A stretch of DNA of 63,924 bases, counting the filler, from Malassezia furfur (taxonomy: Eukaryota): NCBI GenBank assembly GCA_052055015.1. It is 4 parts of 4 records of this genome, joined end to end, with 100 filler letters (N's around TTAATTAATTAA, not from the genome) between each part and the next. Parts side by side here need not be neighbours in the genome. Positions count along the whole stretch, not along the records: positions 34,103 to 50,959 come from JBQJIT010000238.1; 3 more parts are not named here. One strand, given 5' to 3'. The notes under the pieces were generated by a model that worked only from the letters and a program-made list of their open reading frames with translations, was not told the origin of the DNA and ran no database searches. Of the stretch, positions 34,803-46,226 are shown piece after piece (position 1 is the first letter of the stretch; each line of letters opens with the position of its first letter). The position numbers and the translations under genes are program-made.

Positions 34803-36530
34803 CTATGCCAGCAGACCGCCCATCGGTCCATTAGCGTACGCCATCGGACGAATGTTGGGATGCGGCTGTGCACTGAACGTGGTCCAGCTGAGCGTGCCCT
34901 GGGCGTCGATGCGCGCAAATGCGGCCAAGTTACCCGCCGAGTCACAGTAGTTTGGCGCGGAGAAAACGGTGCAGCACAGACCGTTGTGCTCCTCGGCATA
35001 GCCGCCCTGGCGCACTTCGTGGCTGCGCAAGACGGACGTGATGCCGTTAAGTTCGCACCACGCGCGCGTGATGTCCGGTCCAAAGCCCAGGCCCACACCG
35101 CGCTTGCTGGGCCCACGGCCTGGCGCCGCCTGAGGGTCGCTCCAGAGCAGCTCCATCATCAAGCCCTCTTGACCTGGCTGCTTCTTGGCAAAGCGATCAA
35201 TCTTGGTGATCTGGTCGAGGGTGACGTCGTCCTCGCTAAAGAGGCCGCCGTGTACCACAAAGAAGCGCTTGCAGCCCGTCTCCTTGTCGAGAATCGGCTT
35301 GAGCTGCGCAGGCGACTTGCTCGCACCTGCAGGCAGCTTGTCGGCGGGCAGAGGCTGCTGGGGGGCGGTGATCAGCGTCGCGAGCGGGATGGCAATAAAC
35401 GATTCGGTAAAGAGCTTGAAGGTAATGTCGTTGCCAAACTTGGCCTTGCATTCGCCCTCAAAACCGTACACCTTGTTCATGTCGCTGGTCTCGTGGTTGC
35501 CACGGTTCACAAGGGTTGTGCGGGGGTATAGCCACTTGTAGGCAAAGATGGTCAAGGCAATCTCAACCGACCACGACCCACGGTCGACAAAGTCGCCGTT
35601 GAACAGGATCGCATGCTTCTCCGAGGGCCGACCCGTGAGAGACAAAAGATGGAGGAAGTCGTAGAACTGGCCATGGGTATCTCCCACGACATCGATCGTG
35701 GTGCCTTCGGGGATGGTATACGACACCATCGCCGGCTCCTTTTCAAACGCGCGAATGGCACCCAGGATAATGGACCAGGCAATGCCGTTCGGAAGCCGCT
35801 TGCCCTCCTTGAAGTATTCAATCATCTTACCAATGAATTCCTCGTCGATACGGCCCAGGAACGGCTTGTCTTCGATGGCCGGCGAAATGGCCGTCTGGGA
35901 CGCGTCATCCGTCGGCAGACGGGGCCCGTCGTAATCGGAGCGGATCACAGCACCGCCCGTGCCATTCTGAAGGTGCTCTTCAATTGTTTGGCTAGTGGGT
36001 GCAGCTGCCTCGACGCGGATGGCGCGCTCGAATTCGAGACGGCGCACGAGCTTGACCGTGGCATCAAGCTGCGCTTTGACCGTCGCGTTTTTGGGATCAA
36101 TCTGTAGGATCTTCCGCAGGTCAGGGAGTGCTGCTTTTGGGTCCAAGATGGACAGGTACGCTGAGGCACGGCGGTAGTACGCCTTGGTGAACTTGGGGTC
36201 CAGCTCAATGGCTTTGCCCGCATCTTCGATGGCCAGTCCGTGCTGCTCCAGCTTCAGCTCGCACGCTGCGCGGTTGCTCCAGATGGCCGGGACATTGGGA
36301 TTCAGCGCGATCGCTTGTGTGTACAGCACTTTCGCCTGGTTGTAGTCGCCTTGCACAAAGCAACGGTTGCCAGCTTCCTTCGCCTCTGCCGACTGCTGCG
36401 CACGCTCTTCCGGCGACAGCTTGGGGTCCACCTCGGCTGTCTCATTCGTGAGATCGGCCGACGTGGCAGACGAGTAGTCCGAGTGGGACGAGGCGGCCGA
36501 GCCACTCGGCGAAGAGGGCGTAGAAGACAT
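34803..36530 (-). CDS. PPT1: Serine/threonine protein phosphatase 5 (TPR + PPP domain)
   Basis: Three TPRs followed by GDTHGQ, GDFVDRG, RGNHE, LLWSDP and FSAPNYCD. Likely start MSSTPSS at 36530. Confidence 0.95.
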   Translation of the reverse strand: MSSTPSSPSGSAASSHSDYSSATSADLTNETAEVDPKLSPEERAQQSAEAKEAGNRCFVQGDYNQAKVLYTQAIALNPNVPAIWSNRAACELKLEQHGLAIEDAGKAIELDPKFTKAYYRRASAYLSILDPKAALPDLRKILQIDPKNATVKAQLDATVKLVRRLEFERAIRVEAAAPTSQTIEEHLQNGTGGAVIRSDYDGPRLPTDDASQTAISPAIEDKPFLGRIDEEFIGKMIEYFKEGKRLPNGIAWSIILGAIRAFEKEPAMVSYTIPEGTTIDVVGDTHGQFYDFLHLLSLTGRPSEKHAILFNGDFVDRGSWSVEIALTIFAYKWLYPRTTLVNRGNHETSDMNKVYGFEGECKAKFGNDITFKLFTESFIAIPLATLITAPQQPLPADKLPAGASKSPAQLKPILDKETGCKRFFVVHGGLFSEDDVTLDQITKIDRFAKKQPGQEGLMMELLWSDPQAAPGRGPSKRGVGLGFGPDITRAWCELNGITSVLRSHEVRQGGYAEEHNGLCCTVFSAPNYCDSAGNLAAFARIDAQGTLSWTTFSAQPHPNIRPMAYANGPMGGLLA

Positions 36531-36626
36531 GCTGCAGGTCCTGGCTGGAGGCCACCCCCGCGCCGCTTGCCAACCCAGCACCCAGCAGATGCGGAAATAT
36601 TTCAAAATTTGCCCACCCTATGTACG

Positions 36627-37464
36627 TTACTGAGCGGTGCCGCAGATGGACAGCGCGCGCATCTCTTGCAGCACGCCTTCCACCTGGGTATCTAGCTGAC
36701 CCTCGGCGTATTCGTTGCGGACGTGTTCGGGGAAGTAGCGCTGGACACTGCCAAGCTGCTCATAGCCCTCTTGCGCAAACTTAATCTGTGCCCGAATCAT
36801 CATCTCCAGCGACGGGTCCAGGTAGGGCACGCGCATGTCGACCAGCTGCGGCAGCTCGTTCATCAGCTGCTGGTCAATCGCTTCAAAGACGAGCTTGGCA
36901 TCGTTCAGCTCGCGATCCGCACTGCGTTAGTTATGGTTGCGTACCGAGGCAGTTTCGAAGGGTCGTCGCTCGGCTTCTCCGCAAGCTTCTTGTGCCTGGA
37001 ACGGGCCGCGTCGTAGTCTAAGAGCTTGCGGTTGCGCTTCTCGATCAGCTTGTTCACCTCGGGGAAGTAGCTTGAGAGCTTGCTGATCGGGTCCAGCACG
37101 GTCGCACGGTACGGCAGATCGAGTTCTTTGGCGGTACGCGCGTCCAACTCCTCGACGGCCCGCTTATAAGTGCTAGCCACCATGGCCGTCTCAGACGAGT
37201 CCGAATAGAACCCTTCAATGGTATCGCCAATCCGTGCCTGCGAGGCCGCGAGTACTGTGGGTAAGTGCGCAGAGACGTACGTCGGATCGCATCGAGGTAG
37301 TCGCGCGAGTTTTTGAGCAGTGCCGTGGTGTGCTTCTCAAACTCGCGGTATTTCTGCTCCTCTTCCTTGAAGCGCGAGTCATCCGAGCGCTCCAGCTGAC
37401 CCGTCTTTTGCATCAGCTGGGTGCCTGCCCGGTTGATCGACTTCTTGAAACCGCCCCAAGACAT
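36627..37464 (-). CDS. RVS161: Amphiphysin-like BAR adaptor Rvs161/Hob3 (2 introns)
   Basis: MSWGGFKKSINRAGT, KRNRKLLDYD, RVPYLDPSLE, GVLQEMRALSI. Introns 37255-37280 and 36922-36944. Confidence 0.92.
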
Positions 37465-37566
37465 CGTGTCACTTGCACCGTCGCGGTTCTCGACAGGGCC
37501 GCGGACGGGTCGACCTGGGATTGAATGTACATACTTCCCAGAACGTGGCGCACGCGCCGCCTCACC

Positions 37567-38251
37567 ATGTACCGCTTGCTGGGTCTGTCGCAGAACAAGC
37601 CGAAGCCAGACTTGCAGCAGGCGATCGCCAGCACGGACGCCCGCGCCGAGGCGACCCAGGTGAAAATCAGCCGCCTGGATGCCGAGCTCGGCCGTTACCG
37701 CGATCAAATGAAGCGCATGCGCGACGGTCCGGGCAAATCGGCCGTGCAGCAGCGCGCGATGCGCGTCCTGAAGCAGAAGCGCATGTACGAAGCGCAGATC
37801 GAACAGCTCACGCAACAAAGCTATAACATGGAGCAGAGCATGATGACCACGGAAAATCTGCGCAACACCATGGCCACGGTCGACGCCATGCAGCAGGCCA
37901 ACAAGCAGCTCCGCAAGACGTACGGCAACTTGGACATTGACAAGATTGAGCGGATACAAGACGATATGGAAGACCTACTCGAGCAATCCAATGCGCTCCA
38001 GGAAACCATGTCCCGCTCGTACGGCGTCCCGGATGATATCGACGAGACGGAGCTGGAAGCGGAGCTGGAAGCACTGTATGTATCCTGGCACATCTCTAAC
38101 CTCTAGCGAAGAAGAACCAGCCGAGCAAGAGTTCGAGATGCCCTCGTACTTGCAGCATGCGGCGCCTGCCCCATCTCAGATTGACTTTGTCGATGAGCTT
38201 CCCAGCGAGCCGCAGCTGGAAGAGGCCGAGGGCAAAGTGCGTGCGGCCTAA
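37567..38251 (+). CDS. VPS60: ESCRT-III-associated Vps60/CHMP5 (1 intron)
   Basis: MYRLLG, AMRVLKQKRMYE, QQSYNMEQ, SRSYGVPDDIDETELEAELEAL. 31-nt intron 38076-38106. Confidence 0.92.
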
Positions 38252-39260
38252 GCGTCAAACGGTGGCAGGCCCCAGCGTTCCGGCTGGAACGCTTCGAGCG
38301 AGTCGATCTGCTGGTGTGCGCCGACGTCTGGCCCATTGTCGGTGACTTTACGCAGCTGCGTGAGCATACCCCTTGTTTTGTACGTACATTGGGATCGGGG
38401 ACCCACACGACTGTATTGTGTTAGTAGAGCCAAACGTACCCCGCATACCGGCGGCCAGCCCTGCTTGGACGCCAGGCAGGGCATCCTCGAACACGAGAAT
38501 CTCGTGCTCGGCGCCACGGAGCGTTCCGTCGTGCTCTGCACCCGGCGGGCGCACACGGTCCAAGAATCGCCGGCCTTCTTCAGAGTGCTGCAGTCCTAAG
38601 CCGTGGTGCGCGGCGACCAGGAAAATGTCCGGTGTGGGTTTGCCGCGCCCGACAACGGCTTCATCATCACCGCAGATAGCGCGGTCTCCAAAGTGTCGAA
38701 AAAGTGTGGGATTGGCGCCGGACTTGACTTGGTCTGGGTCAGGGGCGTGACGCACAGTTGAACCGTTTGCTGCCAGTGGCCACCTGTTTGTCAGCTGCGG
38801 CACATACACAGATGGGGATCTTGTGCTTCTCGAGGTGTGCGACGAGACGCTCGGCTCCCGGCATTGCAGGGACACTCTCAAACGCGGGGAGGAGGCGGGC
38901 ATTGCGCTCTTTCAGGAACGAGTCGATCGTAAAAGGACACTCGTCGCTGAATCCGCGCGTCTCGTCCTCTGCATTGCCCGGACGCGGCGGCCACAGCGCC
39001 CGAAACAGAGTCACTGTGTCAGCGTGCCACGTACGTGTTGCGTCGCGCTCCGGTTTTCCCATCAGCTGGGACTTGACCTCCCACGTTTGTTCCTTGCCGT
39101 GCGGACGCAGAATCTCGTTGACGACATCGGTATAAATCTGGATGAGCGCATCAAACGCACACGCTCGCTGTCAATCAGCAGGCCGTCCATCTGCGATTAG
39201 CTTGGCACGTACGTCGAACAGGACGGCGCGCACTTGGCCCAAGCTCGGCAATTCCGTCAT
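38248..39260 (-). CDS. HAD-superfamily hydrolase, HDHD1/pseudouridine-5'-phosphatase-like (7 introns)
   Basis: AVLFD|MDGLLIDSE, VATGS, GRGKPTPDIFL, VFEDALPGVQAGLAAGM, VWVPD and FQPERWGLPPF. Introns 39191-39212, 39138-39160, 39014-39034, 38784-38807, 38734-38755, 38411-38439, 38356-38387. Confidence 0.88.
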
Positions 39261-39370
39261 CGTCCTTCACAATGTGGGGAATTTACGAACCACGTGCTAC
39301 CGAGCGCTAACTGAACGTCCAACCATTTAACGAAAGGGCCGCAGACTAGCGGAGGGGTATCAGGAACGCC

Positions 39371-40861
39371 TTAGTTCTCGGCATCCACAAAGGTGTCATG
39401 GAACATGGTGCCTTCCATTGACATAGGACGACTCTGGGACGTGTGCATAGAAGATGCGTCCGATGGCCGCCGGTTGATGCGACCTGCGCCGCCGGCAGCC
39501 TCGGTGCGTTGTTCTGCTGGCGCATCGTCCGCATAGGAGGATTGATCAAAAGAGGGTAGCTGAGACAGATAGGCCGACACCTTTTCGGCCGCCGAGTGGG
39601 TGCCAAGCTGGCTCGACAGGACCCGGCGCTGGCTCGAGTCGTCCACCAACGTGAATGGCTCCCGCTCCGGACCATTGAGATACCGTGCGGGGATGGCCGG
39701 CACCGCCGCACCCCCCCGCCGCGACGCGGGCACCACCATCTCTGGTGCGTCTTCCATCTCATAGACGCGAGGGTGACCAGCACGTTCCTCGCGCGTCGCC
39801 GGCTGCACGGCGACGTCCAGCACACTAAGCCTCGAGCGGCGGCCGCGCGGCTGCCGCTTCGACACAAAGCCGTCGTCGCGAACGGTGCGTCGCGACGGTG
39901 CCGTAGGCTCACCATACGGTCGTTCGTACCACGGGTCCGGGTCGGCCATCCGGCGGGGGCGCGTAAAGCCGGCGTAGTGCAGGCGCGACGACGATGTGTT
40001 GCGCATCGAGTTGTCCTCGTCCTCATGGTCCGAATGGTTGAACGTAAGGGTATCGTCGGCTGCCTGCGAGCCCGTCAGGTCGCCTAACGAACTGTCGGCC
40101 TCCTTCTCCGGCACGAGATCGAGGACCTTTTCAGGAATGGCAGGCGCCGCCACGGCCATACTGTGGTCCTGCGTGTACTCCGGCTCCTGCGACGGCTCTG
40201 AGGCGTAGGGATACGCGTTGTACACGCTCATCGGCGGCATGCTGGGCGTCTGTGAGATGGCGGGCGTGCCCGATCCCGAGTACTGAGAGCTGGCCAGCGT
40301 CCTTACCTTTTCCTCGTGGCGCTTCAGCTTGCGCTTGTGTAGCCAGACAAAGGTTGCGCCTACCATCGCCAGGACAAAGATGATCGGTACGACGATGGCC
40401 GCGGCCAGCGGACCCGTCCCAATCTGGCCCGAGCCCGAATAATCCGTGACGTGCGGCGAAGTGACGTTCTCCGTGTTCGACGACAGTCCCGAGGCGCTCA
40501 GCACCGTGAAACTCTTGCTCATGGGGTACTGTGTCTCCCACGCCTGGCCGCCCGAGGGGACGATCTGCAGATTCATGGGAAGCGTGCTCGTACCGTTCCA
40601 CCACTCGGGAAGCAGCTGAACGCTCGCCGATCCCTGTCCCGCAGGGAGCCCGAGCCAGGCGTGGATGGGACGTACGGCAGCCTGCTGCTGTTGTGCGTAG
40701 AGGTATATGTCCACGTTCCCGCCGGTAACGCATTTCGTGTTCCATTGCAGCGTCGTGCTGCCCGAGTTAATCGACGAGCCCGCCTTGGGTGCGACGTAGA
40801 TATCTTCGGAGCGGCAGGACGCGCGCGCAGCGCGGCGCACCAGCGCACGTTTGTGCTCCAT
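39371..40861 (-). CDS. Single-pass membrane protein of unknown function (extracellular beta-rich domain, TM, disordered cytoplasmic tail); start uncertain
   Basis: ORF of about 500 aa with TM LAAAIVVPIIFVLAMVGATFVWL followed by HKRKLKR. No clear signal peptide at the first ATG. Confidence 0.65.
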   Translation of the reverse strand: MEHKRALVRRAARASCRSEDIYVAPKAGSSINSGSTTLQWNTKCVTGGNVDIYLYAQQQQAAVRPIHAWLGLPAGQGSASVQLLPEWWNGTSTLPMNLQIVPSGGQAWETQYPMSKSFTVLSASGLSSNTENVTSPHVTDYSGSGQIGTGPLAAAIVVPIIFVLAMVGATFVWLHKRKLKRHEEKVRTLASSQYSGSGTPAISQTPSMPPMSVYNAYPYASEPSQEPEYTQDHSMAVAAPAIPEKVLDLVPEKEADSSLGDLTGSQAADDTLTFNHSDHEDEDNSMRNTSSSRLHYAGFTRPRRMADPDPWYERPYGEPTAPSRRTVRDDGFVSKRQPRGRRSRLSVLDVAVQPATREERAGHPRVYEMEDAPEMVVPASRRGGAAVPAIPARYLNGPEREPFTLVDDSSQRRVLSSQLGTHSAAEKVSAYLSQLPSFDQSSYADDAPAEQRTEAAGGAGRINRRPSDASSMHTSQSRPMSMEGTMFHDTFVDAEN

Positions 40862-41283
40862 CGGAGTGTATTGAGGTGTCAAACAGGGGCAGAGGCGTAG
40901 GTGTGTAGACAGGAACAGAGTGGCGAAGTGAACCTGAGCGGCTTTCCTAGAGTACTAAGTAGCACAGGCCCCAGCAGATTCGCCGCAAGGCGAAAAGGGC
41001 ATGGTGATAACTGCACCCCACACATCGCAGGAGCATCTTAATGCGCGCCAGTCTAAATTTCTACAAATCGTACGCGACGTTCCATCCCGTGTACATTGGC
41101 GCGTAGCACCCTGACTCAGCGTTCACGTGGCCTGTCGGCACGTAAGCCAGGGGCTGCCTCGTCTGAAACCGAAATTGGCGGCCCAAGCGCATCTGTAAAC
41201 ATTAGGTCAGCGCGCGGGGGCCGCGTCCGGCAGACGTGGGATCAACCGGAGCTCCATACGGAAACCTTCGTACGGCGGGGAAT

Positions 41284-41958
41284 ATGTCGCAGATCCAGGC
41301 AGCCCTCACGAAGTTTATCTTGAACCCCGCGAACCATGACGTGCTTTCCATCGTGAAGGGTGCACGGAACGGTATCGTGTACGGTGCCAAGATCCGCTTC
41401 CCCCACGCGCTTGTCATGGTCTTCCTGTTCGGCTCGGGATCCCCGCGTGAAAAGTTCCGCAAGATTTTGACCGCTACGCGCCAGCATGCCGTGCGTCTGG
41501 GCTCGTACGTGGCGATCTACAAGACTGTCTTGGCCATACTGCGTGACCTATCGCCCAGCGGGAAGCAGGATCCCAACCATTCGTTTATTGCCGGTCTCAT
41601 CGGCGGCTGGTACATGTTTGGTGAGCGCACGCCCATCAACGAGCAGGTTCGTACGGCACCAACTCACCCAGATTGTCCTGTACTGTGTGGGACGCTGCAT
41701 TGCGTCGCTTCTGCCGCGTGCCAAGGTGCCCTCCGATTACCCCGCAAACAAGGTGATCCCGATCGACAACAAAGCCCACCAGATTTTCGCGGCGATCACC
41801 TGGGGTACGGTGATGTGGCTCTTTGTCAACCGCCGCCAGCGTCTCAACGGTGGCCTGGTGAACAGCATGGACTGTACGTTGCGCTTGCTGACCCAGATCT
41901 GTATGTGCTGTCGGACAAATGGGACGGCTTGCGCAACTTCCTCTGGCACAACGTCTAA
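41284..41958 (+). CDS. PXMP4: Peroxisomal membrane protein 4 (PXMP4/Pmp24, Tim17 family), 2 introns
   Basis: KGARNGIVYGAKIRFPHALVM, Q|IVLY, WGTVMWLF. Introns 41647-41671 and 41874-41896. Confidence 0.88.
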   Translation: MSQIQAALTKFILNPANHDVLSIVKGARNGIVYGAKIRFPHALVMVFLFGSGSPREKFRKILTATRQHAVRLGSYVAIYKTVLAILRDLSPSGKQDPNHSFIAGLIGGWYMFGERTPINEQVRTAPTHPDCPVLCGTLHCVASAACQGALRLPRKQGDPDRQQSPPDFRGDHLGYGDVALCQPPPASQRWPGEQHGLYVALADPDLYVLSDKWDGLRNFLWHNV

Positions 41959-42101
41959 TCGCTTGCGCCAGGTCTCCATACCCGTGCGGGTAGTGCCACA
42001 GCCGCATTGCCTATTAGCACCTGTACAAAGTGTTGTCATAGCTGTGCATTCTTTGCTACGGTCCTCGTGCAGTGATCGTCCGGCTCCAGACGATGTTCCT
42101 G

Positions 42102-43071
42102 TCAATGGGCGGTCACTGCGGAAAAGTAGGGGTGCTGCAGGGAGCGCTTGGCTGGGTGTCAGTGGAAGGGGTCAACGTACCGCTTATCCGGCTCGCGGGG
42201 TCGTACACAAGCATCTGCCGGAGCAGGTCGAGACCATTGTCGTCCAACGCAGGCACGGCCTTCTTGAGCGGAACGCCGCTCCATTGAGGGAAGGACGTCT
42301 TGTAGTCAGGAAGTGACTTGACACCGGGCCACGTCTCATCGTTGGGAGTCCCGAGTGTGCGGAAGATGCGGAAGATCTCGTCAATCTCCGAGTCACCGGG
42401 GAACAGCGGCGTACGCATGGCCATCTCGGCAAAAATGCACCCGACCGACCACATGTCGATCGCCGTGTTGTAGTGGCGCGAGCCCAAAAGGACCTCGGGG
42501 GCACGGTACCACAGCGTGACCACCTCATGGGTGTATGTGCGCAGAGGGATGCCAAACGCGCGCGCAAGGCCAAAGTCGGCAAGTTTGAGGTTGCCCTCCT
42601 TGTCGATCAACAGATTCTGAGGCTTCAAATCCCGATGCAGGATTCGGTGGGCGTGGCAGAAGTAGATACCGCGCACGAGCTGATATGTGAATTTCTGGAT
42701 TAGTAGGCGGTACGTGCCATGACAATCTCGGGTCCAAGACCCTCGGGCTGGCTCGAGACGTTGTCCATGTACTTCTTCAGGTCGAGGTCCAGGAACTCAA
42801 ACACGAGGTACAGTCGCGATTCCTGGTGGATGATCTCGAGCAATCGCACGATATTTTCATCACGCAGCTCCTTCAGGAGACTGATCTCGCGGATGGCCGT
42901 CGAGGGAACGCCCTCGTCTTCGGCTTCGAGACGGATCTTCTTCAGGGCCACAATACGCCCATTGGCTCCCGGGGTAAGGTCGCGCGCCTTGTACACAACA
43001 CCGTATGTGCCTTGCATAAGCGCGTCTCACGTACCTTCTCCGACCTTCTCAATCTTTTGGTAGTTCTCCAT
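42102..43071 (-). CDS. CDC28: Cyclin-dependent kinase 1 (PSTAIRE), 3 introns
   Basis: [65 protein letters not shown]. Introns 43011-43034, 42695-42717 (GC-AG), 42152-42180. Confidence 0.96.
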
Positions 43072-43229
43072 GGCTCCGGCAATGCTACGAGACGGGCCGT
43101 GGGCGTAGGACAAGCACAAGGTCACTGGGCGTGGCCGACGCGTTTGTGTTGGTCTGCGCTCACGTGCCGCGCGGGTTGGGTTGCCTTGGGGAAATATGTC
43201 TGCGCTCGTCCCACCCACGCTCGCTTGTG

Positions 43230-44799
43230 ATGTTTTCGGCGTCGCAGCAGGCACAAGGCGGCTCGCCTTGGGCACAGAAGACGACCGCTACGCCTTTTGG
43301 ATCACAGGCGGGCATGCAATTCGGGAACCCGTCGATGGGTGCCTCGCCTGCGACGCCCGCCCACGGTCAGCCGGGGCTGTTGCAGCCGCAAAACGCCCAT
43401 GCCTTCACACCGCAGAACCGCCCGCAGCAGCAGTCGATGGCGCCGCAGACTACGCCACAGTGGGGGCAGCAGACCACGCTCGGCACACCACAGAACCAGC
43501 AGAACACGTCCTTGTTTGCTGGAAACGCTCCCTACTCGCCGGCGCCGCCGCAGCCGCTGAGTGCGCAGCCGTCGCCGATGCAGCCGGGCCAGGCGCCGGT
43601 CAACTACCTCCCAGGATACCTCTCCAAGATGCGTGGAAATGAGCGCGTATGTATCATGGCTAACGCAGGCAAGCTCGTCGTCGCACCGTCCGATCGAATC
43701 GGCGTCCCCCCCAGCACGGGATGCAGACACTTCGTTGGTACTGCCGGGCGGCAAAGAGACCCAGGCAAGCGGGCGTGCCGCACCGAGCGCCTCGCCCACG
43801 AACCGCTTCAGCTCGTCGTTCTTCAACGTGTCGCAGCCCGCGGACGATAGTCGCTTCGCCCACTCGCCGCCCCCGGCCAACAAAGGGCGTGAGGGCAGCA
43901 TCTTTGGCCAGGGAGGCCTGCGGGGAACGCGCAAGCAGGAGGACCCGGACCGCTCGTACCTGCTGCGTGCGCCAAGTGAGCCGGCTACGGCGCCCAGTGG
44001 CAACTTCTTTGGCACGGAGGCGAACACGAGCGCCATGGATGACGACGATGCGCCGCCGGCCGATGCGCTGACGGACGTGGCCCAGCAGGCACCGTTGGCG
44101 TTCCAGGCGTCGCTCAGCACGCGCGTCGCGGCCACGCCGGAGAAAGCGCCGGCGGAGACGCCGATCGCGCAGCGCGTGGTCCTGGTGTTTGGCTTCCCTG
44201 GCTACCTCTACACGCGCGTGGTGGATCATTTTGCGGCAATCGGCGGACTCCAGAAGAGCGAGGAGGTGCCACTAGACCATGCGCAGTCCGACTTGCTCGC
44301 AACGACCGACGGCAAGCCACCCAAAGGCGCACTTCCCTCGATTGCGCGGCTCACGTACAGCGCGCCATACCAGGCACTCATGGCGGTGCGCCGCAGCGGT
44401 CAGCTTGTGGCGAATACCTGCATGATCGGCGTGCGCTGGGAGAGCGACGCGCTGCATGAGCTCAGCCAGATCCGCGGGCTCGATGCCGCGCTCGTCGGCG
44501 AGTCCGATGCCAAGCCTCCGGCGCCGAGCACGCCCGCGCCGGCGCGCGCGCCTTTGCAAAACAAGAGTACGCCGCTCATTGGCCGCCCGATCGATGTGGT
44601 CGACACCCCGATCTCGGCACTCGCCCAGAAGCACCCGTCGACGCCTGGCTTGTCGCCATTGCGCGCGGCAGTGAGCGCAGGCGAGGCCGTGTGGCGTAAC
44701 ACGCTCGGCGGCACGCCGGCGAGTGCCGCGCAGCCTGGCGCCCCGGCTGCCTCCAAGTCGGTCGTGGGTAGGCTGGCCGACGGCCTCTTTGGTTGGTAG
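43230..44799 (+). CDS. NUP53: Nucleoporin Nup53/Nup35 (1 intron)
   Basis: Q/P-rich N-terminus, RRM-like VLVFGFP...LTY...AVRRSGQLV...MIGVRW, C-terminal amphipathic RLADGLFGW. 22-nt intron 43647-43668. Confidence 0.75.
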
Positions 44800-44871
44800 C
44801 TGAATACCCCTTAGTCAGCGTCATATCCGCCAAATTCGCCCCTTTTGTGGGATTCGCCAACTTAATCTCTA

Positions 44872-45603
44872 ATGTCGGCGTACGGGGCCATTCCACGCGA
44901 GCCTGTGGACCTACAGCCCTCGCGCATCTATGCGCTAAAGAAGCGAAGCGACGGCGAGCAGTCACACACACACATGGTGTGCGTGCACCTCCGCAAAGAC
45001 GATATCCCTAACGCGCTCGAGGAGGCGATGCGCACGAGCTACAACGAGACGCTGATCGAGGGCAGCACCTACCCGTTCCGCGACCCGATGGACAAGGATG
45101 CCTTCCAGAGCTACTTTTTTGGCTATGATGTCGTCGTTGGTGTGCTCGTGAATGCCAGCGGGCAACAGTACGAGGACGGGAGCGAAGTGTCACTCGCCGA
45201 ACTGCTCGGGCAGGGCGCCTCCACCGCGTCACGGCACGACCTTTTGGGCAAGGCACAGTGGCCACAGCAGCTGGGCGGGTTCTACTATGTGAAGCCCAAC
45301 TACCCGGGGCGCTCGTCGCACATCTGCAATGCAGGGTTCATTGTGCCGACCTCGTCGCGGGGGCTTGGCCTCGGCGGGCTACTGGGCCGCAGCTACCTAA
45401 TCTATGGGCCCGCATTTGGTTATCTCGCAAGCGTGTTCAACCTGGTGTACCTGACGAACCTGGCCAGTGCCAAGATCTGGGAGCGCCTCGGCTTCGAGGT
45501 GGTCGGCCGCGTGCCCAAGGCCGGCCTGCTTCGAGTGCCGGGCACGGACAAGGAAGAATACGTGGATGCATTGGTCATCTACAAGGAGTTTGCCCCCCAC
45601 TAG
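44872..45603 (+). CDS. GNAT N-acetyltransferase, Mpr1 (L-azetidine-2-carboxylate acetyltransferase)/Spt10 family
   Basis: GFYYVKPNYPGRSSHICNAGF, RGLGLG, SVFNLVY and IWERLGF..GRVP motifs. Confidence 0.85.
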   Translation: MSAYGAIPREPVDLQPSRIYALKKRSDGEQSHTHMVCVHLRKDDIPNALEEAMRTSYNETLIEGSTYPFRDPMDKDAFQSYFFGYDVVVGVLVNASGQQYEDGSEVSLAELLGQGASTASRHDLLGKAQWPQQLGGFYYVKPNYPGRSSHICNAGFIVPTSSRGLGLGGLLGRSYLIYGPAFGYLASVFNLVYLTNLASAKIWERLGFEVVGRVPKAGLLRVPGTDKEEYVDALVIYKEFAPH

Positions 45604-45628
45604 GTGGCGCATAGCGCCACCCGCATCA

Positions 45629-46129
<501 letters not shown>

Positions 46130-46226
46130 GGTCGATGCTGTTGGCGAGAGTACCGCGACGCGCTTTGGCCACGTGACCGCCCGTACTTTTTTTTGGGACG
46201 GCGCTGCTGTCTTCTTGGCGCACCGG

